A stretch of 58,538 bases of DNA from an uncultured Methylobacterium sp. (GCF_964251405.1 NZ_CAXUJR010000006.1:5324-63861), one strand, 5' to 3'; positions 18,066-28,586 are shown, numbered from the stretch's first letter. Translations and numbers: made by a program. The notes: a model not told the origin generated them from the sequence alone.

Positions 18066-18794
18066 TCATCGCCGCCAGAGCCCAGCGACCGTCAGCATCG
18101 CGGCGTCGCACAGGAAGGCCAGTGCCGCCGTGGCGCAGGCCCCCTGCATGAGGGGAAGGATATTCTGGTTCTGCAGGCCGGAGATGATCGGGGTGCCGAG
18201 GGTCGAGGCTCCGGCGAGGGCCCCGACGGCGCCGGTGGCGACCGCCAGGACGAGACCGGTGCGAAGGGCGTCGAGAATGCCGGGCGCCGCAAGCGGCAGC
18301 TCGACCTGGCGAAGGACCTGGGACGCGCTGAGCCCGATCGCCTTGCCGGCCTCGCGGGCATCGCGGGAGACGCCCTCGATCGCAGCGACGGTGCCGCGCA
18401 GCACGGGCATGATGCCGTAGGCGACGAGCGCCAGCAGCGTCGGCGGGCCGCCGAAGCCGAGCACCGGCATCGACAGGGCCACCACCACCACCGGCGGTAT
18501 GCCCTGCGCGACCGCCGCCAGCGTATCGATGCCGTGCCGGAGGGGAGCCATACCCTCCCGCGTCGCCAGGATGCCGAAGCCGATCCCGAGCACGGCCATG
18601 ATGGCGAGACCTGTCAGGGCGATCGCGAGGTGGTCGCCGGCCAGCGCGAGGAGCCGATCCGTGCCAACGGGGCGAAGCGGCGCCTCCCCGATGGCGACCA
18701 CCACGTGCGCGGCAACGTCCGGATGGCTGAGGACGGCCAAGACTATCCCGGCGAGCGCGAAGCCGATGGCGGATCGCAGGCGTCGGGGCATCAT
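18066..18794 (-). CDS. Osmoprotectant ABC transporter permease (YehW/OsmW-like)
   Basis: EAA loop REAGKAIGLSASQVLRQVELPLA; TM helices. Confidence 0.85.
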   Translation of the reverse strand: MMPRRLRSAIGFALAGIVLAVLSHPDVAAHVVVAIGEAPLRPVGTDRLLALAGDHLAIALTGLAIMAVLGIGFGILATREGMAPLRHGIDTLAAVAQGIPPVVVVALSMPVLGFGGPPTLLALVAYGIMPVLRGTVAAIEGVSRDAREAGKAIGLSASQVLRQVELPLAAPGILDALRTGLVLAVATGAVGALAGASTLGTPIISGLQNQNILPLMQGACATAALAFLCDAAMLTVAGLWRR

Positions 18795-18810
18795 CGGCGA
18801 CGCTTCGGGC

Positions 18811-19977
18811 TCATGCGCTCCACCATGTGCGGGCCTTCGCTTCGAGGGCGCTCAAGGCGGTCTCGGCGACGAGCGATAGGGCCACGATGGGCAGGGCGCC
18901 GAGCAGGATCAGATCGGGCGCGAACTGTGCCATGCCGTCGAAGACGATGCGGCCGAGACCGCCGGCGCCGACCAGGGCTCCCAGGGTCGCCAATCCGAGG
19001 CTCTGCACCGCCGCTACCCGCAGAGCGCCGATCAGGACGGGGGCGCCCAGCGGTAGACGCACGCGCATCAGCACCTGGGTCCGACTCAGGCCCATGGCCT
19101 TGGCCGCGTCGAGGATCGCGGCGTCGGTGCCACCGAGACCGGCGGCGAGGCCACGCCAGAGCGGCAGCAGCAGGTAGGCCGCGATCCCGATCAGCGCCGG
19201 CCCCGGTCCGAGGGCGCTGAACCCGGCCTCGCGCATTGCCGGAACCGCCTTCAGCAGTGCCGAGGCCATCGCGACCAGCGCTCCGAACAGGGCCACTGCC
19301 GGCACGACCTGAATGCCGCTGACCGCGATCTCGACGATGCCCTGGCCTCGTCGCCAGAGCGAGGCCGCGACAGCGAGGAGGATGGCGAGGGCGAGCGCGC
19401 CGCCCGCGAGGATGAGGTGTTGGAGAACGGCCTCGGCAACCAGTGCCCGCCGGGCTTGAAACTCGACCGCGAGGGACAGATGGTCGAAGAATCCGGTGCG
19501 GCCGGCGAAGAGCAAGGCCACGCCCAGAACGATCGCGACAGCGATCCCGAGGCCGCCGACACGGCAGTCCCGGATCGCCCACACCGTCCCGGTGCCGAGC
19601 ACCACAAGGGTGATCCAGGCGCCTGAGGCGAGGCTGGCCCGCATGGCCCCCAGCCCGGCGGCCAAGAGGTCCTCCGCACCCTCGCCAAGCCCGACCAGCA
19701 GGAAAAGCAATCCCGAGCCGATCAGGACGAGTGCCGCCACTGCCGTCGCGCGCCGTCTGCCGATCAGCAGGAGGAGCCCGGTCGACCCGCTCCCGGCGAC
19801 GAGGTGAACGGTCTTGCCGATCGCTCCCGCGCCATGGGCCGGCACGCCGATGGCGAGCCGGTTGGCGGCGACCGCCAGCAGAGGGAAGCCATACAGTCCC
19901 ATCAGCAGCAGGAGCACGAGCGCCAAGGAGGCAGCAGCCTGCCACGCGAGTCGCGAGACAACCGTCGTCCGCTTCAC
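18811..19977 (-). CDS. Osmoprotectant ABC transporter permease (YehY-like)
   Basis: DAAKAMGLSRTQVLMRVRLPL and LGALVGAGGLG; long hydrophobic N-terminus. Confidence 0.85.
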   Translation of the reverse strand: MKRTTVVSRLAWQAAASLALVLLLLMGLYGFPLLAVAANRLAIGVPAHGAGAIGKTVHLVAGSGSTGLLLLIGRRRATAVAALVLIGSGLLFLLVGLGEGAEDLLAAGLGAMRASLASGAWITLVVLGTGTVWAIRDCRVGGLGIAVAIVLGVALLFAGRTGFFDHLSLAVEFQARRALVAEAVLQHLILAGGALALAILLAVAASLWRRGQGIVEIAVSGIQVVPAVALFGALVAMASALLKAVPAMREAGFSALGPGPALIGIAAYLLLPLWRGLAAGLGGTDAAILDAAKAMGLSRTQVLMRVRLPLGAPVLIGALRVAAVQSLGLATLGALVGAGGLGRIVFDGMAQFAPDLILLGALPIVALSLVAETALSALEAKARTWWSA

Positions 19978-20948
19978 CCGATGAGCCCGCGAAGGCGCAG
20001 GTAGCGCTCGGCCACCGCCTCCGGCGGCTCTCCCTCCACGGAAACGCCGGCGTTCAGCCCACGCAGCGTCGCGGCGTCGAGGCCCTTGAACAAGGCGGCC
20101 AGCGTCGGGCGGATGCGTGGATCTCGTTCGAGGCTGGCTGCCCGGATGACGGGAGCGACCTCGTAGACGATCTGCGCACCCTTCGGATCGCCCATCACAA
20201 CCAGATCCAGGGCCGAGAGGGCGCCATCGGTGCCGTAGACCATGCCGGCATTGACCCCGCTGATTCCCTGGGCGGCCGCCCTCGCCGTCATGGCCGTGTC
20301 GCCGCCAGGCAGGCTGATGATGCGATCGTGCGGCATGTGGAAATCATAGGCCGCCTCGAAGGCCGGAAGGGCGGCCGGACTCTCCACGAATTCCGTGGAC
20401 GCGGCGAGCCGGATCAGCCCGCGCCGGACCGCGCCCGCGAAGTCGGCCATGGTGGCTAGACCCTCGCGCCGGGCGAGATCGCCCTGCACCGCGATCAGCC
20501 AGGTGTTGTTGGCCGGTGCCCGATCGAGCCACACGAGGCCGCGCCCCGCGTCGGTCCGGGCGATGGTATCGAATGCACTCTGCGAGGTCCGCCAGATCGG
20601 ATCCGCCTCGGTGCCGGTGAAATAGGCGCCGTTGCCGGTATATTCGGGATAGACGTCGACATCTCCCGAGAGCAGCGCGGAGCGCACGATCAGTGTCGGG
20701 CCGAGGCCGAGCCGGCGCACCACCGGGAGGCCGAGATGTTCCAGCATGAGCGCGATCATGGCGCCGGTCAGCGCGCCTTCCGTATCGGACTTCGAGGCGA
20801 CGACGAGGGCACGCGCGGCCAGCGCGGGCCGGCTCGACGTCACCGCAAAGAACGCGAGACCCCCCTTGGACCTGAGACCCGCCATAGACCCAAGACCTGC
20901 GAGGCAGGCGCGCCGGTCCAGGGATCGTCCAAACCGTTTCGACTCCAC
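19974..20948 (-). CDS. Osmoprotectant/glycine betaine ABC substrate-binding protein (OsmF/YehZ-like)
   Basis: VASKSDTEG, YPEYTGNG, PANNTW, VYGTDG; Tat-like DRRACL leader; start uncertain. Confidence 0.85.
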   Translation of the reverse strand: MESKRFGRSLDRRACLAGLGSMAGLRSKGGLAFFAVTSSRPALAARALVVASKSDTEGALTGAMIALMLEHLGLPVVRRLGLGPTLIVRSALLSGDVDVYPEYTGNGAYFTGTEADPIWRTSQSAFDTIARTDAGRGLVWLDRAPANNTWLIAVQGDLARREGLATMADFAGAVRRGLIRLAASTEFVESPAALPAFEAAYDFHMPHDRIISLPGGDTAMTARAAAQGISGVNAGMVYGTDGALSALDLVVMGDPKGAQIVYEVAPVIRAASLERDPRIRPTLAALFKGLDAATLRGLNAGVSVEGEPPEAVAERYLRLRGLIG

Positions 20949-21226
20949 GCTCCTGTCAGACCTCGCTCGGACGATGACTGTATGGTTTCATACACTGTGT
21001 CGCGTGGATGTATCACTTCGTTACATCACTTCGTATCCACCCATTCCAAGGATGGGGAAAAGCTTGACACCGTGCGTCGATCGGGCGACGGCTCCAGTCC
21101 GTCCTGCCGGCAACATACGTCGCGAGTACGGACAGCGGCATGGGTTTGCCGCCGGTCGGCTCGCGGCTCGGTGATCCGCAGGAATACGTTCCGACGAGGA
21201 ACGGATCGAAGGGAAGACACCGCGGC

Positions 21227-21616
21227 GTGAATGCTGAAGCGAACGACGACCTGCTGAACGGAGCCCGGGTGCTGGTCGTCGAGGACGAGGCAGCGATCTC
21301 GATGCTTCTGGAGGACATGCTGCTCGACTTCGGCTGCATCGTGGTCGGCCCGGCGGCACGCCTGGCCACGGCCCTTGAGATGGCCGAGGCCGAGGCCTTC
21401 GATGTCGCCATCCTCGACGTCAACGTCGCCGGCGAGCCGATCTATCCTGTCGCCGAGGCGATCGTGCGGCGCGCGATGCCGCTGGTGTTCTCCACGGGCT
21501 ACGGCGGAGCCGGCATCCGCGAGCCGTTCCGGGAGTGCCCGGTCGTGCAGAAGCCTTTCAGTCAGGCCGATCTCAAGCGTACCCTGATCGCCGCCATGGC
21601 GGCCGCCCGCAAGTAG
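21227..21616 (+). CDS. Single-domain response regulator, FAT-GUY (SdrG/MrrA-like) type
   Basis: VVEDE, ILDVN, PLVFSTGY, QKPF; GTG start 21227. Confidence 0.85.
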   Translation: MNAEANDDLLNGARVLVVEDEAAISMLLEDMLLDFGCIVVGPAARLATALEMAEAEAFDVAILDVNVAGEPIYPVAEAIVRRAMPLVFSTGYGGAGIREPFRECPVVQKPFSQADLKRTLIAAMAAARK

Positions 21617-21642
21617 CGCCCGGTCCGTCACGCTCCTCCGCA

Positions 21643-22035
21643 TCACAGACCTTCGATCGTGAAGGCGTCGGGTACGTGGACCGGCCAGGTCGCAGGCGCC
21701 AGGAACACGGCATCCGCCCGTAAGGTGAGCCCGCCGTAGCGGGGATGGCGGCCGAGCCAAGCCCGCACGGCCCGCGAGAACCTCGCGCGCTTCCTCGCAT
21801 CGATCGCCTCGCGGGCATCGTCGAGTCTGGCCCGCGCCTTCACCTCGACGAAGGCGATGGTGTCGCCGCGACGCAGGACGAGATCGATCTCGCCGCCCGC
21901 CGCGCTGAAGCGACGGGAGAGCGGCCGATAGCCCTTCAGCATCAGCGCGACAAGTGCCAGCGTCTCTCCGGAACGCCCGCGTTCGTGCGTGGCGCGTCGA
22001 CGGCCCTGCGGATCACCGAGGTCAGGCCTCGTCAT
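21643..22035 (-). CDS. yraN: YraN family protein (UPF0102)
   Basis: GEIDLV...FVEVKAR...RADAV; directly downstream of rsmI. Confidence 0.9.
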   Translation of the reverse strand: MTRPDLGDPQGRRRATHERGRSGETLALVALMLKGYRPLSRRFSAAGGEIDLVLRRGDTIAFVEVKARARLDDAREAIDARKRARFSRAVRAWLGRHPRYGGLTLRADAVFLAPATWPVHVPDAFTIEGL

Positions 22036-23014
22036 CGGTCTCGCTTTCCGGGCCGCGCCTGGCGAGGGCGAGTGCGCGGGCATACACGGCCCGCCGCGGC
22101 TGTCCGGTCTCATCGGCGACGAGGGCCGCCGCGTCCTTGATCGAGTGCCGCTCGAGCGCCACCAGGATGGCGGCATCCATCCCGGCCTCGACGGCCTCGG
22201 GCTCCGGCTCCTCCGGGCTGGTGCCGATCACCACGACGACCTCCCCCTTGGGCGCCCCCTCCTCCGCGAAGGTTTCGGCGAGCTCGCCGAGGGTGCCGCG
22301 CCGGATCGTCTCGTAGAGCTTGGTCAATTCGCGAGCCACCGCGGCGGGCCGGGCGGCGCCGAGAACGGCAGCGGCGTCGGCCAGCATCTCGGGCAGGCGA
22401 TGCGGGGATTCGAACAGCACAAGAGTGCCGGGCACCTGGGCCAGGGCGCCGAGGCGGTTGCGGCGCGCCCCCGATTTATGAGGCAGGAAGCCCTCGAAGA
22501 AGAAACGGTCCGTCGGCAAGCCGGCGGCGACGATGGCGGTCATCACCGCCGACGGCCCCGGGATCGGCGTGATCGCGATGCCGGCCGCGATCGCCGCCTG
22601 GACGAGCTTGAAGCCGGGGTCGGAGACCAGCGGCGTGCCGGCATCCGAGACCAGCGCCAGCGCCTCGCCCGCGAGCATCCGGGCGATCATCCGCTCGCGG
22701 ACGGCCTCGTTGGAATGCTCGTGATAGGCGACCAGCGGCGTCGTGATGCCGTAATGCATCAGCAGCGTGCGGGTGACGCGGGTGTCCTCGGCCAGCACCG
22801 TGTCGGCCGCCGCCAGGGTCGCGAGCGCGCGGAAGGACACGTCCTTGAGGTTGCCGATCGGAGTCGCGACCACGTGCAGGCCGGGCTCCAGCGGCTCGGC
22901 CTCCGCGGCGAGGCCGAAGGCCGTGAAGGTGGCCGGCGCCTTGCCCTCCGCCAGGGCCGGGCGGCGCCGGCTGCGATTGTCGATACGGGGCGTCATGGTC
23001 GGGACCTTCGTCAT
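22022..23014 (-). CDS. rsmI: 16S rRNA C1402 2'-O-methyltransferase
   Basis: [41 protein letters not shown]; start could be 22996. Confidence 0.95.
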   Translation of the reverse strand: MTKVPTMTPRIDNRSRRRPALAEGKAPATFTAFGLAAEAEPLEPGLHVVATPIGNLKDVSFRALATLAAADTVLAEDTRVTRTLLMHYGITTPLVAYHEHSNEAVRERMIARMLAGEALALVSDAGTPLVSDPGFKLVQAAIAAGIAITPIPGPSAVMTAIVAAGLPTDRFFFEGFLPHKSGARRNRLGALAQVPGTLVLFESPHRLPEMLADAAAVLGAARPAAVARELTKLYETIRRGTLGELAETFAEEGAPKGEVVVVIGTSPEEPEPEAVEAGMDAAILVALERHSIKDAAALVADETGQPRRAVYARALALARRGPESETDDEA

Positions 23015-23152
23015 GACTCCACCTTGCCATGCCATCGCGGTGCCTTGGAGTGCCGGCGGGGTTGAGCCGTGCATTTACTTTTCCGGTCCAGACTTTATCC
23101 CCGATCGAAGGATCGGGGACGACCGGCCTCGTCCAGGCCTTGAGGGGGTGAC

Positions 23153-24379
23153 ATGCGCGTTCGAGACCGTTTCGGCCGGTTGCGCAGCCTCGTCGTCCTC
23201 GGTGCGCTGGCCGGGTTCCTCTCGGCCTGTATGGGCGGTCCCGATGGCGGACCGCGGGTCGGGTCGCGCAATGCTCCTCCGGTCGAGCCCGAGATTGCGG
23301 CCGCGCCCGCGCCGGGTGCTTCGACGGCGACGCGGATCGGCACCGGAACGGTGAAGCTTGCGCTGATCGTGCCGCTGACCGGCCAGGGCGCTGCCATCGG
23401 CACCGCCCTGCGCAACGCGGCCGAGCTCGCCGTGGAGGACTTCCAGAAGCCGGACCTCCAGATCCTGGTCAAGGACGATCGCGGCAGCCCCGACGGCGCA
23501 CGCGAGGCCGCCCAAGCGGCACTCGCGGATGGCGCGGACCTGGTGCTCGGTCCGCTCTTCGCCGCCAACGTCCAGGCTGTGGCCGGCGTCGTGCGGCCGG
23601 CGGGGAAGCCGGTGATCGCCTTCTCCACCGACGCGGCGGTGGCGGCGCGCGGCGTCTACCTCATGAGTTTCCTGCCGCAGACCGAGGTCGACCGCATCGT
23701 CGACGCGGCGGTCTCAGGCGGGCGCAGCTCGTTCGCTGCACTCATCCCCGAATCGAGCTACGGTAACGCCGTCGAGGCGCAGTTCCGCGAGGCGGTGGCC
23801 CGCAAAGGCGCGCGCCTGGTGGGAATCGAGCGCTATCCCCCAGGGAACCCGGCTGCCGCGATCGGCCGCGTCGCCGGCCTGATCGCCGGGCCGGGCGCGG
23901 GGGCCGACGCCCTGTTCCTGCCCGACACGCCGGAGGGCCTCACCACCCTCGCCCCGGCCTTGACCCGGGCGGGGTTCTCGCCGGCGCGGGTCAAGCCGCT
24001 CGGCACCGCCGTCTGGAACGATCCGCGCGTCTTCGCCCTGCCGGCCCTCCAGGGCGGCTGGTTCGCGGCGGCCGATCCGGCCGGATTCGCCACCTTCTCG
24101 CAGCGCTACCAGGCGCGGTTCGGTGCCGCGCCGCCACGCGTCGCGACCCTGGCCTACGACGCCGTCTCGCTGAGCGCGGCGCTGACCCGCCAGTACGGCT
24201 CGCAGCGCTTCGCGGATGCCACGCTCACCAATCCGGCGGGCTTCGCCGGCACCGACGGCACCTTCCGGTTCCGGCCCGACGGCCCGAGCGAGCGGGCGCT
24301 CGCGGTCAACGAGATCCGCAACGGCGCCGCCACCATCGTCGCGCCGGCCCCGCGGGCCCTGGGACCTTCGGGGACGTGA
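23153..24379 (+). CDS. Penicillin-binding protein activator (LpoA/LppC-like lipoprotein)
   Basis: Lipobox LSAC, LIVPLTG, VLGPLFA, LAYDAV, GFAGTDGTFRF; divergent from rsmI. Confidence 0.85.
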   Translation: MRVRDRFGRLRSLVVLGALAGFLSACMGGPDGGPRVGSRNAPPVEPEIAAAPAPGASTATRIGTGTVKLALIVPLTGQGAAIGTALRNAAELAVEDFQKPDLQILVKDDRGSPDGAREAAQAALADGADLVLGPLFAANVQAVAGVVRPAGKPVIAFSTDAAVAARGVYLMSFLPQTEVDRIVDAAVSGGRSSFAALIPESSYGNAVEAQFREAVARKGARLVGIERYPPGNPAAAIGRVAGLIAGPGAGADALFLPDTPEGLTTLAPALTRAGFSPARVKPLGTAVWNDPRVFALPALQGGWFAAADPAGFATFSQRYQARFGAAPPRVATLAYDAVSLSAALTRQYGSQRFADATLTNPAGFAGTDGTFRFRPDGPSERALAVNEIRNGAATIVAPAPRALGPSGT

Positions 24380-24487
24380 CGATCGCTTGCTCGCGACGAG
24401 GGTTTCGGCTGTCGCTGATCACGCGTTGCGGACCGCGCATCCTTCGGGGGCGGTTCGAGGTCGGCTGCGAGATTCTTCAGCGGTCTT

Positions 24488-25999
24488 TCAGTAGGAACCG
24501 TAGGAGATGAAGCGGCCTCCGGTCCCAATCCACCCGTCTCCGCTCGTGGCACCATTCTCGTCTATACCGACGAAGACTTCCGGGTTGAAATTCCAATTCT
24601 CGACCCAGTAATCGGCCGGATCGTTCGAGAGCGGCGAGTCCGTTCCCGTCCGCTTCTTGTACTCTGCCTTGATCGTCGCGATCACATTCTGAAGCTGAGC
24701 GGCGTTCACCGTGTACTCGTAGGGCGCCGTATCGGCGAACGTCGTGTAGCGAGTCTCGCCGGATGCCGGCGACAGGGACATGAACGGGTTGGAAACCCCT
24801 TTGGTCAGGCGGCGCATGGGGATGTTCAGGATGTCGTGGCCGGAGCAGCCGGCCCCGCAAGCGTCACGGGTATAGGCGTACTGGGCGTCCAATGTGCCCC
24901 GACGGGTCTCGAAAATAGCAGCGCCCATGTAGAAGCCACGCCGTTCGCCGCCCGAGGTCCGGTCGATCAGGTGATAATAGGTGTTGACCTGGGATCCCCC
25001 ATAGGACCCCGCCTGAGCCGAACCGCCGGCGAAGGGGATGCGCAGCTCGAGGGCGGTGCGGACACCCTGTCCGGTCGCCCAGGGGCGAAGGGCGTCGGGC
25101 TCATACCGGCTTGCGGCGACGACCGGGATGAGGGCGCCGGTCTGCTCCGGGTGAGCCGCCTTGTTCTCACGGTGGAATGCGTCGAGGGAGGCCTTCACGG
25201 TCCGGCTGTCGATTCCGATGCCGAACTGACCGGCATATCGCTGAACCCCCGTGAAACCCCACTCGCTATCGATCAGGTTCTGCGGCAGGCCGATGATGTT
25301 GCCGCCGTTCACCGCCCAGGTGTTCGGGATGCCCGTGATGTTCGACGTGTCCAGGCGGGTTTCGAGCTTCCGGTTCATGGGTCCGACGCCGTGTCGGGTG
25401 ACGATGTATGTCAGTGAACCGTCGCGTGGCGAGGGCGGGTCGAAGGGTGGGTTGTAGAGGTAGACGTTCGCACCCGTATCGGCGGCCGGCGGCAGCCGCG
25501 TCGCGCGACCCTCGTAGATGCCGTTCGTGGCGTAATGCCTGATCGCGGCCGACCAATCCGTCCCGAACGCCGCCGCGAGATCGGCGTTCGTCGGAGCACC
25601 CAGATATTCGCGCACATTGAAGCCGAAGCTCGTCGCACGGCCCTCGACCTTCCCTCTCGTCTTCCAGTGGGTCAGGCGGTCGATGCCGGCCGTCGCGACA
25701 TCGCTGTTCAGGACGCCATATTGGGTGGCATCGAAGACCGGGCTCTTGTCGGAGAAGGCTGCACACGAGCCTTTCACCGTGCGGGCAAAGCAGCCGTTTG
25801 CCTGTTTCACCCACGATCCATCGAGACCGGTGCCTGGGCTGCAGACATAGCTGACGACCTGCTGGGAGCCCGCATCGCAATAGATGCCGGTCGATGCCTC
25901 GGCGAGGGCCGCGAGCGGTGTCAGCACACAGGCACTGACGAGAATGAGCCTCTTCACGGCGTGATCAGCCTCCATCAGCGCCCCGTTGAAATCCGTCAC
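24488..25999 (-). CDS. Hypothetical secreted protein with two F-x4-Y...H...G..EGR repeats
   Basis: 503-aa ORF with protein-like composition; signal peptide (V)KRLILVSACVLTPLAALA suggests a GTG start at 25957. Confidence 0.75.
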   Translation of the reverse strand: MTDFNGALMEADHAVKRLILVSACVLTPLAALAEASTGIYCDAGSQQVVSYVCSPGTGLDGSWVKQANGCFARTVKGSCAAFSDKSPVFDATQYGVLNSDVATAGIDRLTHWKTRGKVEGRATSFGFNVREYLGAPTNADLAAAFGTDWSAAIRHYATNGIYEGRATRLPPAADTGANVYLYNPPFDPPSPRDGSLTYIVTRHGVGPMNRKLETRLDTSNITGIPNTWAVNGGNIIGLPQNLIDSEWGFTGVQRYAGQFGIGIDSRTVKASLDAFHRENKAAHPEQTGALIPVVAASRYEPDALRPWATGQGVRTALELRIPFAGGSAQAGSYGGSQVNTYYHLIDRTSGGERRGFYMGAAIFETRRGTLDAQYAYTRDACGAGCSGHDILNIPMRRLTKGVSNPFMSLSPASGETRYTTFADTAPYEYTVNAAQLQNVIATIKAEYKKRTGTDSPLSNDPADYWVENWNFNPEVFVGIDENGATSGDGWIGTGGRFISYGSY

Positions 26000-27175
26000 T
26001 CAGCCGGCCAGTTCCCGCACCACGGCGTTCAACACCGGCGCCCCCCGCGCCGTGGTGGCGATCCGCCCGCTCCCCAGGCGCGCCACCAGCCCGTCGCCCA
26101 CGAGGGCGTCGAGGCGGGCGGCGTCGAGGGGCCGTCCTTTGAGGGCCGCGTAGCGGGCCGGGTCGATGCCTTCCGTCAGGCGCAGGCCCATCATCAGGAA
26201 TTCGTCGCCCTGGTCGGCGGCGCTAAGCACCTCGGTGGCGGTAAGGCCGTGACCGTCGCGCTCGACGCGGGCGAGCCAAGCCTCCGGGGCGCGCTCCGTC
26301 ACCGTGCCGATCCGGCCGTCAGGCGTCACGAGGCGGCCATGGGCGCCCGGTCCGATGCCGGCATACTCGCCGTAGCGCCAATAGAGCAGGTTGTGCCGCG
26401 ATTGGGCGCCGGGCCGGGCGTGGTTCGAGATCTCGTAGGACGACAGGCCGGCGCGGTCGCAGACCTCCTGGGTCACGTCGTAGAGGATGCGGGCGGCCTC
26501 GTCGTCCGGCGGCACGAGCTTGCCGGCAGCGGCCAGGCCGAAGAACGGCGTGCCCGGCTCGATCGTCAGCTGGTAGAGCGAGAGGTGTTCGGCCGAGCGC
26601 GCGATGGCGCCTTCCAATTCGGCGCGCCAATCGGCGGGGGTCTGGTCGGGCCGCGCGTAGATGAGGTCGAAGGAATAGCGCTCGAAATGGCTCGCCGCCA
26701 CGGCCACGGCGGCCAGCGCCTCCTCGGCGCTGTGGAGCCGGCCGAGGCGCTTGAGCGACGCATCGTCCAGCGCCTGGACCCCGAGCGAGACCCGGTTCAC
26801 GCCGGCCGCACGGTAGCCGCGGAAGCGTGCGGCCTCGACGCTGGTGGGGTTGGCTTCCAGCGTGACCTCGACGTCGCGCGTGGTGCCCCAGGCCACCGCG
26901 ACCGCGTCGAGAAGGCCCGCCACCGTGGCGGGCTGCATCAGCGAGGGGGTTCCGCCGCCGAGGAAGATGCTGGAGACGATGCGTCCGGGCGTGCGCGCGG
27001 CCACATGGGCGATCTCGGCCTGGAACGCCCGGAGAAAACGGGCCTCATCCACCGGCGCCAGCCGGACGTGGCTGTTGAAGTCGCAATAGGGGCATTTGGC
27101 GGCGCAGAACGGCCAGTGGAGATAAACGCCGAAGCCCGCGTCGCGGGTGGGGTGGTCGGGAGCTTGGATCATCAA
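26000..27175 (-). CDS. hemW: Radical SAM heme chaperone HemW
   Basis: YLHWPFCAAKCPYCDFNSH, GGGTPS, YEISN, HNLLYW; next to rdgB. Confidence 0.93.
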   Translation of the reverse strand: MMIQAPDHPTRDAGFGVYLHWPFCAAKCPYCDFNSHVRLAPVDEARFLRAFQAEIAHVAARTPGRIVSSIFLGGGTPSLMQPATVAGLLDAVAVAWGTTRDVEVTLEANPTSVEAARFRGYRAAGVNRVSLGVQALDDASLKRLGRLHSAEEALAAVAVAASHFERYSFDLIYARPDQTPADWRAELEGAIARSAEHLSLYQLTIEPGTPFFGLAAAGKLVPPDDEAARILYDVTQEVCDRAGLSSYEISNHARPGAQSRHNLLYWRYGEYAGIGPGAHGRLVTPDGRIGTVTERAPEAWLARVERDGHGLTATEVLSAADQGDEFLMMGLRLTEGIDPARYAALKGRPLDAARLDALVGDGLVARLGSGRIATTARGAPVLNAVVRELAG

Positions 27176-27243
27176 TGATGCCGCATGGAGAGCTTTGTTC
27201 GCGACGCTCTCCCCTCACCACAAGGGGGAGGAGAGGGCTTCGA

Positions 27244-27876
27244 TCACGCCCGTCGTAGGCACGCCTCCGCCAGCAGCACGAAGGCGCGCGCCCGGTGGGA
27301 GAGCGCCGCCCCTGTCAGCCAATCGACGCCGTGCTTCTCGTGCGACGACATCTCGCCGAAGGTCCGCGCATGCCCGTCGGGCAGGAAGAGCGGGTCGTAG
27401 CCGAAGCCCAGAGTCCCGCGGGGCGGCACGACCTCGCCGAAGACACGGCCCTCGAAGGTCTCGGCATGGCCGTCCGGCCAGGCGATGACGAGGGCCGAGA
27501 CGAAATGCGCCCGGCGCTCGATGACGCCGCGGCGGTCGAGTTCGTGCGCGATCCGGGCCATCGCCGCCGAGAAGTCTTTCGACGGTCCGGCCCAGCGGGC
27601 TGAGAACAGGCCCGGCGCACCGTCGAGCGCATTGACGCAGAGCCCGGAATCGTCGGCGAAGGCCGGCAGGCCCGAGGCTCTTGCAGCAGCCTCGGCCTTG
27701 ATCGCCGCGTTCTCCGAGAACATCGTGCCGGTCTCGTCGGGCTCCGGGAGACCGAGTTCACCGGCCGAGACAGCTTCGACCCCGAACGGTGCCAGCAGCT
27801 CGCGCATCTCCACGAGCTTGCCGGGATTATGGGTCGCGATGACGACCTTGCCGGTGAGGAGACGGTGCGCGCTCAC
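27244..27876 (-). CDS. rdgB: RdgB/HAM1 dITP/XTP pyrophosphatase
   Basis: [27 protein letters not shown]. Confidence 0.95.
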   Translation of the reverse strand: MSAHRLLTGKVVIATHNPGKLVEMRELLAPFGVEAVSAGELGLPEPDETGTMFSENAAIKAEAAARASGLPAFADDSGLCVNALDGAPGLFSARWAGPSKDFSAAMARIAHELDRRGVIERRAHFVSALVIAWPDGHAETFEGRVFGEVVPPRGTLGFGYDPLFLPDGHARTFGEMSSHEKHGVDWLTGAALSHRARAFVLLAEACLRRA

Positions 27877-28586
27877 GCGATCGCCTGCTTCTGAAGGGCA
27901 ACGAGTTCGGCGATTCCGCCCTTGGCGAGGCGCAGCAATTCGAGGAGCTCGTCCTCCGAGAAGGGCTTGCCCTCGGCGGTACCCTGTACCTCCACGAGCC
28001 CGCCGGTACCCGTCATGACGAAGTTGGCATCAGTCTCGGCCGCCGAATCCTCGGCGTAGTCGAGATCGAGCACGGCAGCGCCCTTATAGATCCCGCAGGA
28101 GATCGCGGCGACGTGCTCGCGCAGGGGGTCGACCGAGATGATCGAGCGACCGCGCATCCAGGCGAAGCAGTCGTGCAGGGCCACCCAGGCGCCGGTGATC
28201 GCGGCGGTGCGGGTGCCGCCATCGGCCTGGAGCACGTCGCAATCGACCGTGATCTGCCGCTCGCCGATGGCCGGCAGGTTGGTGACGGCACGCAGGGAGC
28301 GGCCGATCAGGCGCTGAATCTCCTGGGTGCGGCCCGAGGGCTTCCCCGAGGTGACCTCGCGACGGTTGCGCTCGTGGGTGGCGCGCGGAAGCATCGCGTA
28401 TTCGGCGGTGACCCAACCCTTGCCCGAACCGCGCAGCCAGGGCGGGCCGCGCTCCTCGAGGGAGGCTGTGCACAGCACCTTGGTGTCGCCGAAGGTGACG
28501 AGGCAGGAACCCTCGGCATAGCGGGCGACCGCGCGTTCGAGGGTGACGTTGCGCAGGGCGTCGTTGGCGCGCTTCGAAGGCCGCAT
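27873..28586 (-). CDS. rph: Ribonuclease PH
   Basis: [46 protein letters not shown]. Confidence 0.97.
   Translation of the reverse strand: MRPSKRANDALRNVTLERAVARYAEGSCLVTFGDTKVLCTASLEERGPPWLRGSGKGWVTAEYAMLPRATHERNRREVTSGKPSGRTQEIQRLIGRSLRAVTNLPAIGERQITVDCDVLQADGGTRTAAITGAWVALHDCFAWMRGRSIISVDPLREHVAAISCGIYKGAAVLDLDYAEDSAAETDANFVMTGTGGLVEVQGTAEGKPFSEDELLELLRLAKGGIAELVALQKQAIA

Noticed and set aside
27207-27238. Short imperfect palindrome resembling alphaproteobacterial intergenic repeats
   Set aside because: Single degenerate copy in this window; cannot be supported as a repeat family without a genome scan
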